64,000 nucleotides of DNA from Candidatus Obscuribacteraceae bacterium. Lineage in GTDB: Bacteria > Cyanobacteriota > Vampirovibrionia > Obscuribacterales > Obscuribacteraceae. The notes under the pieces were generated by a model, which saw only the letters and a program-made list of their open reading frames with translations, ran no database searches and was not told the origin of the DNA. The stretch covers positions 783,371-847,370 of the forward strand of contig JBGAHS010000004.1 of the NCBI GenBank assembly GCA_044226015.1, in the 5' to 3' direction. This document shows positions 21,939 to 29,829 of this stretch, piece by piece. Numbering within the stretch: the first letter of the stretch is position 1; each line of letters opens with the position of its first letter. The translations under genes and the position numbers were made by a program.

Positions 21939-23249
21939 CTACTTCTTTGTTAGTTTGCTTTGTTGTTTCAGCCAGGCTCGATGTGTGTGAAGTTGGGTCT
22001 CTATAAATTCATCAAGCGCATTCTGAAATGAGGTGGACATTTTGGGTCGTAAATTGAAGGCGATTGCGAGGTTGCAATTGTCCATTTTATGCACAACAGT
22101 GGTCGTGAGACCAGGTAATGACCCTTCTTTTCTTATTGTAAGGTCTTGATTTTTTTGTGGCTTCCGGACCTCCCAGCCCATGCCAAAGTAAAAGTCTTTG
22201 TCTCGCCACTGATCGATTTTTGGTCTTCCAAGCATTAGTTTAACCAAATCTGGCGACAGAATCTGTTTCTCTTTTCCTTGCTCACCGAACAGGCAAGAAA
22301 CAAAATTTGCTACATCTATTGAAGAACCTACCCAGCCACAATCAGCAGTCATTGCCTCTAAATAAAAATCACCTCCATATTCCAGAGGGACATAGCCCCG
22401 TACATTAGGCATTATGGCAGGACCCAATTGTTCACCATCATATGGAAAATAGAAAACCTCTCCCTTAGCAGCAACCCGTGTTTTTCCAGGCACCATGTCA
22501 ATTTGCATAGGCTTGAGCAGCTCGTCTTTTACATATTCAACGTAAGGACGACCAGAAATTTTTCGGACTATTTCGCCCAGCATACAAAATCCTAGATTCG
22601 AATAGTGGTATTTCGTGCCCGGATAAAAATCTAGCCGACGGCAAGCCTCATATCTGATGATTGCCTGGGGGGTAGGGCGCATTGAATTGCTGTATTCCAT
22701 TGCTGCCTGTTGAGCGATTGGTTGAAACATAGGGTCGCCTGTTGCATCTCTGTCCCAGCCGCCTGTACCTTGCAGTAAATTGCGCACAGTAATGAGCCAG
22801 GCACGAGCATCCGGTCGTCGGGAGGGATCTGGCTCTTGTGGCAAATTGAGAAGTTTGAATGCAGATGAATCTAAATCCAGTTTTCTTTCTTGTACAAGTT
22901 TCAAGACTGCGGCTGCTGTTAGCAATTTAGAAATGCTACCGATTCGAAACTTGGCATCAGGTGCCATTTTGACAGTCTTCTTCTCATCTGAATATCCGTA
23001 GCCGCGTGCATAGACAAGCTTGCCACTTTGTACTATCGCTACAGTTGCGCCTGGCACCTGCCATTTTTTCATCAGTGCAACTAGCTTTTCATCAAAATCC
23101 TCCATCTCTGGGGCACCAATACCAGAAATGGGGAGGATATCTTTTGCTTGAGCTGATGCAAGGGAAAAGCAAGACATTACAAAAAGCATGAGAGAGACTA
23201 ATATTCTTGACGTTCTGGCTTGTGAATTTGTATGATGCATTCTCGACAT
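21939..23249 (-). CDS. Exported serine hydrolase, beta-lactamase/AmpC-like family
   Basis: FRIGSISK (SxxK), PGTKYHYSN (YxN) and a signal peptide. Start uncertain (23249 or 23240). Confidence 0.88.
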   Translation of the reverse strand: MSRMHHTNSQARTSRILVSLMLFVMSCFSLASAQAKDILPISGIGAPEMEDFDEKLVALMKKWQVPGATVAIVQSGKLVYARGYGYSDEKKTVKMAPDAKFRIGSISKLLTAAAVLKLVQERKLDLDSSAFKLLNLPQEPDPSRRPDARAWLITVRNLLQGTGGWDRDATGDPMFQPIAQQAAMEYSNSMRPTPQAIIRYEACRRLDFYPGTKYHYSNLGFCMLGEIVRKISGRPYVEYVKDELLKPMQIDMVPGKTRVAAKGEVFYFPYDGEQLGPAIMPNVRGYVPLEYGGDFYLEAMTADCGWVGSSIDVANFVSCLFGEQGKEKQILSPDLVKLMLGRPKIDQWRDKDFYFGMGWEVRKPQKNQDLTIRKEGSLPGLTTTVVHKMDNCNLAIAFNLRPKMSTSFQNALDEFIETQLHTHRAWLKQQSKLTKK

Positions 23250-23264
23250 TGCTGTTTGAAATCT

Positions 23265-23759
23265 ATGTTGCGTAAAGTTCAAGTCACTAGTTTATTGCTT
23301 TCTTTCCTGCTCTGCTCATGCGCGGAAAATGCAACGCGTCAGCTCAGCGAAAATGAAGCACAGAAAGAAGTCGAACTCAAAGAGTCTATGCACAGAGTGC
23401 AAATGGGTGTTGAACATTACGCTGCTGACCATGGTTCTGATAAGTATCCTACCGAATTGAACAATGAGTTCAAGTCTTATTTACCCGGTGGCGTAGAGGG
23501 CACCGAACCTGCTGCTTTTGGAACTATCAATCCATTCACGGGCAAAAATGAGTTTATAACTGTCAACAATTCGCTAAAAGACCTTCATTCTGCTCGCTTT
23601 GGTCCAAGAATAGCTCTTAAACCTGGTGAGATTTTGTACTGTCCAATTAATGGTGGCAGTGCCTATTTGCTGCTTGGAGGCGGGGTTGACGGAAAAGCCC
23701 TGCCTGATGACAAAAATCCTGGACAGGTTCTCGTTCTCAGCAACATCGATGAATACTAA
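23265..23759 (+). CDS. Putative lipoprotein with a pilin/GspG-like helical core
   Basis: LLLSFLLCSC lipobox-like signal. ELKESMHRVQMGVEHYAADHG..YP resembles the pseudopilin alpha-1C/YP segment. Confidence 0.65.
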   Translation: MLRKVQVTSLLLSFLLCSCAENATRQLSENEAQKEVELKESMHRVQMGVEHYAADHGSDKYPTELNNEFKSYLPGGVEGTEPAAFGTINPFTGKNEFITVNNSLKDLHSARFGPRIALKPGEILYCPINGGSAYLLLGGGVDGKALPDDKNPGQVLVLSNIDEY

Positions 23760-24361
23760 GCTGGTTTCTTCGCCCAGACGTGGAACGAGTCGAGAAACTT
23801 ACTGCTCGAAGGTCCTGAAATTTTTGCTTTGGGACCCTGCACTCCCACGAGGAAGAAGCGTTTTCCTGGCGGATCAATGAAGATATTTAAGATGAACGCA
23901 CCACCGTCTGTCTTGTTTCCTTCAATATGTCGTCCTGGATATTTTCCGCCCTCTAGCCCAATTGAATAGTGGCTGTTCTCCCTTCCTTTAGCCCATCTTT
24001 CCACATTTTGTTTTGAGAGTTCCTCAAAAATCAGTTCTTGCTTTGAGTATGGATCTGGCATGCCGAAGGGATCTATGCCTTCTGCAACAGAGTATTGAAC
24101 TCCATCTCGCGTTGTGCTGTATTGGTTACCGCCATTTCCAAAAAATGTCTCCATATAGAATGGTTCTGCAGGAAAAGAGCAGATGTAGTGTTCTTTCCAG
24201 CTAAACGACTTCACCTTTTCGTCCCAGCTAGGGGCATTATTTTTGTTGTTTCCAAGCTTTGATTGAATTCCGGAGAAATCCACGCAGGCTGAAAGTGCAA
24301 GACCATCAATTTCAAGACTAGACCTCCAAAAGTGGAAAATATCATAGCCGATTGACTTCAC
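23756..24361 (-). CDS. Hypothetical, probably a lipoprotein with a disrupted signal peptide
   Basis: Internal LALSAC lipobox, but the best RBS and start are out of frame (see findings). Confidence 0.6.
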   Translation of the reverse strand: MKSIGYDIFHFWRSSLEIDGLALSACVDFSGIQSKLGNNKNNAPSWDEKVKSFSWKEHYICSFPAEPFYMETFFGNGGNQYSTTRDGVQYSVAEGIDPFGMPDPYSKQELIFEELSKQNVERWAKGRENSHYSIGLEGGKYPGRHIEGNKTDGGAFILNIFIDPPGKRFFLVGVQGPKAKISGPSSSKFLDSFHVWAKKPA

Positions 24362-24371
24362 GTAGATAAGA

Positions 24372-24400
24372 GAAAGGAGTCGATTTCTCGACTCCTTCCA
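24372..24400 (-). terminator. Intrinsic terminator after the 1690-aa gene
   Basis: AAGGAGTCGA/TCGACTCCTT perfect stem, T-rich downstream on the minus strand. Confidence 0.75.
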
Positions 24401-24420
24401 TAGCTTTTTGCTCTTTCAGA

Positions 24421-27400
24421 TTATTGCTGATCGCCTGTCATCTTCTTGAGTGCATTGAGGTCAGCTGCCTGTTCTGCGTCGGTCTGTTTCTTGATGCTTC
24501 TAGACCTGCGCTTGAGGTTAGCGATGGACAATCCGCTGGTCCAGTCTTGTGCAGCCTGCTGCTTGCTGTGTTGGCTGACGCCACGCTGGCTTGCAGGAAT
24601 TCGTGCATTCGGTTGACCTTGCTGTCCTGGTACTGGTCTGCCAGCGGCTCCGCCATTGCTTGAGCGTCCGAGATTTCTCGAGACGCCATTCATCTTGGCT
24701 CCGAGGCGACCTCCACGACCTTGCTGCGAGTAACCGGTTCCTGGAACCGGACCAAGCATGCCGTTCTTGCCACCGATGAGAGCTTGCGGTCCAGTGATTG
24801 CCTCGCGAGCACGCTGACCTTGCGCCTGTTCGCGCATTTCTTTCTGGCGTTGCTCTTGTTGCATGTGCTGGGCAGCCTGCTTCTCGGATTCTTTCTGTTG
24901 ATGCATTTGATATGCTTCTTGTTGCTGCTGACGCTCAACGGCTTGTTGATAGTAGCGCTCAGATTGCGGACCATTCATTTGGTTCATAATCTGTTGTTGC
25001 TGGCTTTGTTCGTAGGCGACATTAGCTGCTTGTTGAGCCGCTGCCGCTTGCGCAGCCTGTTGCACCTGGTTCTCTATCACACTGTTGCCAGCGCCGATAG
25101 CCTGTGCTGCGGAGGGGTCAACGGAGCCTGACGACTGATAGTACATGTTGTTGTTGCTGCCGTCATAACTTACGTTGCTGTTTACGTTGCCTGCGCTGGC
25201 TATACTTCCACTGATGTCGGTGGAGTTATCGGCGCTGTAGTACGAGCTGCTGCTACCGCTATAGCTGTAGTCATCACCGTAATCGATACCGGCAACATCC
25301 TGATCTCCGCCAGAGCTGTAGTCGTAAGTTACGCTGTCACGTCCCATAGCGGTGTAAGTGTTTGAGTCGAAGCTATTGCTGCCTAATCCACTTCCAGCGG
25401 TGAAGCTGTTTCCAGCTGAACCATCATAAGAATAGTTCGCGGTGTTATTGTAGTTGGCCGCATTGGCTGCGCTTGCCACCTGGCTTGCAGCTTGAGCAGC
25501 AGCTGCATCCGTGGCTTCTCTGGCTCTTGCATCCATTTGTTGCTGAACCATGCTGTTAGTAGCGCCGGCGTCAGCCATCAGCGTTCCACCATTAGGTGCT
25601 GCGTTGTTGCTGCTGTCATTGCCACCACCTAGACCCTTCGCTTGCGATGGGTCAAAGTTGTTGCCATCACGGGCTGCCACTGATGGATGTGGATGCCCAC
25701 TCATGTCACCACCACCAGCTTTTACAACCGTGTTGGTGTCGAGCGATGCGATATTGTCTCTTGCTAGCATGCCGCTCTGTTGGCTACCCGCAGGTATCTG
25801 CCCACTCTGGATTGCCGCGACTTGAGCATCTTGCTGAGAGCGTAATGCATCTTGCTTGGCCGATACATCTGCTTGAGCCTTAGCTTCTGCAAGGTGCATC
25901 TTCTCGGCGGCATGGGCCTGCGCCTGAGCCTGAGCCTGAGCGTGTTGTCCGTGTCCACCATGAGAGCCGTGTCCACCATGAGAGCCGTGTCCACCGTGAG
26001 AGCCGTGTCCTCCGTGAGAGCCGTGTCCTCCGTCGGAGCCATCTGCCCCGGCTAGCCCAGGAGCTTGTGCTGTGCGCGGTGGCATAGACGCGTCACCTGG
26101 GGCAGCTACTGGCGAGATCTGTGCGGATACTTTGCCTAATGCAGCATCAATTTCACTTGAGCCAGGAGCTGCACTGTCATCAGCGCCTTCATCGAAGCCC
26201 TGGAAGACATCGCCGTCACCACCGTCACCACCGTCACCACCGTCACCACCATCACCACCCTTAGAGCCGGTACCAGCGGTTCCATCTTTCCCACTTACAG
26301 GTGGAGGTGTGTGTGCGCCGCCATGTCGTCCGTCGACACCAGAGCTGCCATGTGCGAAGGCCGCAACTGATCTAGTGTTGGATTCACTGGAGTTTTCCAA
26401 TTTGTCTTTTCCACCGGAGCCGGCTAGCGTGTCACTGCCTTCTCCACCGGTAATTGTGTCTTTTGAAGATGTAGGATTAACCACTCCGACGGCTTCAGTT
26501 TTTGGGGCTGATGGATTCGGATGATTATCACCCTTAGGTGCACCTTTATCGCCTTCTTTGCCACCACCTTCTTTGCCGCCGCCTTTGCCGCCGCCACCGC
26601 CGCCGCCACCGCCGCCACCACCACCACCGCCTTTAGCAGCAGCTTGTGCAGCTTTCTGTGCCATGCTCATGGCTTCACGACCAGCGTCTTTGACGAGACC
26701 CGTAAAGTCAAAAGCAAACTTGGCTGAACCGATTGCAAGGAAGTTCAACGCGGTGAACATGATGGTGCCGGTGTCATCAACTCCATGGAAACATGCCATA
26801 AGAAGGATGGTGACGCTCCAGAAGAGACTCCAGCAACAGAGGGTGACAACACCTTCAATCCAGCTTGGGAATGCTTCACGCAACTGTCTTGAGGGGTAGA
26901 CCCAGCAGGCTGCAATGACTGGACCAACCAGCCATAAGTAGTACAAGTATGCTTGTTGAACAGCGCAGAGAATTACCCACGCCATGGTGAAGGCTGCATT
27001 AGCCTGGTTGTATGCTAGTCTTTGCTCGTTGACCATGTAAGGAACGTTGTCGTTGTTACGGTCTGGAGGAACTATGTACAAGCCTACGCAGGGGTCTGCG
27101 TATTTAATGGCGAGTGTCTTTCCTTCAAGTCTTGCAAGTGGAGTATTGCCGAAGTAGTTGAACATTTGTGCTTCCTGGTCAGTAACCTGTCCAGGGTTTT
27201 CTTCAGGCTCACGAATTGGAAACGCACGAATATGTCCGCAGAAAGCGTCTGTGTACATATCGGTTCCAAAAAGATTGTGATAGCTGGTCGCTACAGTATC
27301 CGTCAATGAGTTGGCAATATCGATGCCATAGTTGACCACTAAATAGGTAGCTGGAATGAGGAATATTCCAACTATGCTGCGGAAAATTCCTTCAAACGGG

Positions 27401-29493
27401 TTGATTTCACCAAGGACAACGAATCCCTGGGAAACGATTGATTTCAATTGGCAGATTACGGCGCCTGGAAGCAGAAGCAGAATTGCCATAGGAATAAAGA
27501 GTCGGTCGCGTATCTGGTTCCATCTGTTGCCACCATCTACGGTGAAGTTCTCGAGGAAGCTGCGTACCCAGTCGATTGCTGCCGCTGCGTGATAACGTTC
27601 CATCGCAGCCAGGTTATCTGCACCAGACTGCTTTTGTGAGTTTTGATTAGACTTAGCCTGTCCCTCGTTGGCACCCGGGGTCATTTGCATCTTCTGCCCC
27701 ATAACAGCTGCAGCACCAGATGCAACACCGTTTGCAGCACCACCAACCATGTTTCCGGCTGCCTGACCTACTGCACCGACACCTTTGACGAAGTCAGATA
27801 CTCCGTCGGTTTTAGGGAACTGAGCCTGTCCTGGTGGTGATGGGTGTGGTTCACTGTGCGGGATTGCAACGGTGTCAAGACCCGATGTCGTGTTGGTCGT
27901 GCCGTTTCCGCCACCACCGCCACCTGGCTGATTGCCGCCAGTGGGTTGTTTGTATGGTGGATTTTTTTGAACAGTGGTTGGGGTTGGGTCTACCCAACCG
28001 AATGGATCTGTTGGCGGTTTCGAACCATCATCTGTGGGGTGACCTCCGTGTGGAGGCGTATTGAAGCCGTCGTTAGGACCGCCTTTGGTGTTCGGCGTCT
28101 TGGTAATAGTCGTTCTAGGATGGTTCGGATTTGTGTGGTCGAAAGGTCCACCACCACCTGTTCCTGGCTCTTCTTCTTGTGTTCTGGGTCCTAAGCGAGG
28201 AACGTAATTGCCACCACCTGGCCTTGAAGAGCTGTTGTGTGGAGTTCCCACGCCTCCACCCGGGTTACCCAGGTGACTGCCCATGTCTATCGAAGATGAC
28301 TGACCGATGTTAACTGGAGTGAGTCCACCACCTCCATGCGGAGTGGTGCTTCCAGAGCCACCATAGTAAGGGCTTATGCCCATCGGTACAGAGGAATGTG
28401 AACCACTCACACCGGTTCCGACCACACCTCCAGACGAGCCGGTGAATGCACCGCCGACGCCCGTTCCCGTGACACCGTGTCCGACAGGACTAGTGCCACT
28501 CTGACCTGTGTGGATGCCTGAGATGCCGCCTCCTATGCCTGAGCCGCTCACGCCACCACCGGTGTGTCCGCTGCCGACTCCTCTGACACCACCTGAGGTG
28601 CCTGCTCCTATAGTCTGTGAGCCGTTGCTGCCGATGTTGAAGCCTGCGACTCCTCCACCGAATGGGCTGCTTCCACTTTGAGAGCTTCCGTGAGTACTGC
28701 TATTAAAGTACCCTCCAGTGCCTTTGCTGGTAGTGCCTTCAGCATTCAATGATTGCGAGCGACTCTGACCTGCATGTGCTGTGCCCACGCCCTGGCTGCC
28801 GCTTCCGAAATATCCGTTACCATCAAGCTTCTTATTGCTGTTGCTACTAAATGTGTCACCAAATCCCTGAGTGCGAGGATTGCTTACATGTGATGTATCG
28901 ACTAGTGGTGCTCCACCGGCGCCACCTGGTCTGTAGGAATTGACGTGTTTTGTTGAGAATTTATCGCCCTTGCTGTCACCGCCACCACCCATTCCGGAGG
29001 TGGAATTCTTCCCTCCAAATTGAGAGAATGACTGATGCATCATGCCGTTCGGATGCGTTGGTGAGAACTTGAGTTGAGCTGCGCCTTGTTTGGCCTCGGA
29101 GACCGGCGATTGCATCGAGCCACCAGAAGAGCCCTGGCCACCGCCACCACCACCGCCACCGCCACCTTTGGAACCGCCGCTGTTGTCGCCGCCCATTGAG
29201 GTGTCGCAAATATGGTTTTTGTAAGGCATGCCCTGAGCTTGCCCAGCATAGTTGTTGTAGTGCTGCAGATAGTCTCTTTGAGTTCCTGTCGGGTTGCCGA
29301 CAGTGTTCGGGTCGAGAGCCAAGGCGCTTGGCGAAGAAACAGCCAACAGCGTCAACAACATCAGCCACTTCTGACTGTTTGCTGTCGCTCTGGCATCATC
29401 GAGTTTTACTCGATTTTTGCGTTTTGAAAGTGCGCTCTTTTGGTGGAAATCTAGACTCATTGATGGATCTTCCGTGGCCGACGACATTCCCAT
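24421..29493 (-). CDS. Very large VirB6/TrbL-like membrane protein with low-complexity N- and C-terminal extensions (long paralog)
   Basis: Signal-like LMLLTLLAVSSPSALA, ~600 aa rich in G/S/P, a TM core clearly paralogous to 17896-19674, and a ~750-aa G/H/Q/N/S/Y-rich tail. Confidence 0.75.
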   Translation of the reverse strand: MGMSSATEDPSMSLDFHQKSALSKRKNRVKLDDARATANSQKWLMLLTLLAVSSPSALALDPNTVGNPTGTQRDYLQHYNNYAGQAQGMPYKNHICDTSMGGDNSGGSKGGGGGGGGGGQGSSGGSMQSPVSEAKQGAAQLKFSPTHPNGMMHQSFSQFGGKNSTSGMGGGGDSKGDKFSTKHVNSYRPGGAGGAPLVDTSHVSNPRTQGFGDTFSSNSNKKLDGNGYFGSGSQGVGTAHAGQSRSQSLNAEGTTSKGTGGYFNSSTHGSSQSGSSPFGGGVAGFNIGSNGSQTIGAGTSGGVRGVGSGHTGGGVSGSGIGGGISGIHTGQSGTSPVGHGVTGTGVGGAFTGSSGGVVGTGVSGSHSSVPMGISPYYGGSGSTTPHGGGGLTPVNIGQSSSIDMGSHLGNPGGGVGTPHNSSSRPGGGNYVPRLGPRTQEEEPGTGGGGPFDHTNPNHPRTTITKTPNTKGGPNDGFNTPPHGGHPTDDGSKPPTDPFGWVDPTPTTVQKNPPYKQPTGGNQPGGGGGGNGTTNTTSGLDTVAIPHSEPHPSPPGQAQFPKTDGVSDFVKGVGAVGQAAGNMVGGAANGVASGAAAVMGQKMQMTPGANEGQAKSNQNSQKQSGADNLAAMERYHAAAAIDWVRSFLENFTVDGGNRWNQIRDRLFIPMAILLLLPGAVICQLKSIVSQGFVVLGEINPFEGIFRSIVGIFLIPATYLVVNYGIDIANSLTDTVATSYHNLFGTDMYTDAFCGHIRAFPIREPEENPGQVTDQEAQMFNYFGNTPLARLEGKTLAIKYADPCVGLYIVPPDRNNDNVPYMVNEQRLAYNQANAAFTMAWVILCAVQQAYLYYLWLVGPVIAACWVYPSRQLREAFPSWIEGVVTLCCWSLFWSVTILLMACFHGVDDTGTIMFTALNFLAIGSAKFAFDFTGLVKDAGREAMSMAQKAAQAAAKGGGGGGGGGGGGGGGKGGGKEGGGKEGDKGAPKGDNHPNPSAPKTEAVGVVNPTSSKDTITGGEGSDTLAGSGGKDKLENSSESNTRSVAAFAHGSSGVDGRHGGAHTPPPVSGKDGTAGTGSKGGDGGDGGDGGDGGDGDVFQGFDEGADDSAAPGSSEIDAALGKVSAQISPVAAPGDASMPPRTAQAPGLAGADGSDGGHGSHGGHGSHGGHGSHGGHGSHGGHGQHAQAQAQAQAHAAEKMHLAEAKAQADVSAKQDALRSQQDAQVAAIQSGQIPAGSQQSGMLARDNIASLDTNTVVKAGGGDMSGHPHPSVAARDGNNFDPSQAKGLGGGNDSSNNAAPNGGTLMADAGATNSMVQQQMDARAREATDAAAAQAASQVASAANAANYNNTANYSYDGSAGNSFTAGSGLGSNSFDSNTYTAMGRDSVTYDYSSGGDQDVAGIDYGDDYSYSGSSSSYYSADNSTDISGSIASAGNVNSNVSYDGSNNNMYYQSSGSVDPSAAQAIGAGNSVIENQVQQAAQAAAAQQAANVAYEQSQQQQIMNQMNGPQSERYYQQAVERQQQQEAYQMHQQKESEKQAAQHMQQEQRQKEMREQAQGQRAREAITGPQALIGGKNGMLGPVPGTGYSQQGRGGRLGAKMNGVSRNLGRSSNGGAAGRPVPGQQGQPNARIPASQRGVSQHSKQQAAQDWTSGLSIANLKRRSRSIKKQTDAEQAADLNALKKMTGDQQ
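25915..26033 (-). repeat. Coding tandem repeats: 18-bp unit (GGHGSH x~5) and 6-bp unit (AQ)n
   Basis: Repeated GTGTCC(A/T)CC(A/G)TGAGAGCC and CCTGAG units on the + strand. Confidence 0.9.
26210..26260 (-). repeat. Coding 9-bp tandem repeat (GGD)n
   Basis: TCACCACC(G/A) x~5, encoding GGDGGDGGDGGDGGD. Confidence 0.9.
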
Positions 29494-29567
29494 TGCTCAC
29501 ATGAACCACTTGCGTGGGGGCGCGAGTCCCCCTTTTTACACAAATTGTCAAGATAGTAATGGTCGCA

Positions 29568-29602
29568 ATTATGCTGGCGATTTGTGTAAAATTTGTTAGT
29601 TT
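29568..29602 (-). promoter_or_regulatory. Conserved upstream box, copy B
   Basis: Minus strand reads AAACTAACAAATTTTACACAAATCGCCAGCATAAT. Its TTTTACACAAAT core also has an inverted partner at ~29534-29545. Confidence 0.7.
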
Positions 29603-29829
29603 CTACGCACATGCGCCACCAGACTTGCTTCCATTCTGTTCCCAAAAATGCCATCTGTAAATCGATGTCTAAAGGATGAAAAGTAGCTTCTGGTAAAGCT
29701 ATTCAGTCTCGAAACCGGCGCTGAACAAGAATTCGTCCCCTGCGCCACGCCCCGCACGCCCGGAAGAATTAATCTAAAACCTCGAAACCAAGACCCCGCG
29801 ATACGTACACGAATTAGCGTACGTATCGA

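Noticed and set aside
25915..26260. Tandem repeats as a possible CRISPR array
   Set aside because: Units of 6, 9 and 18 bp are contiguous and in frame, with no spacers and no cas genes.
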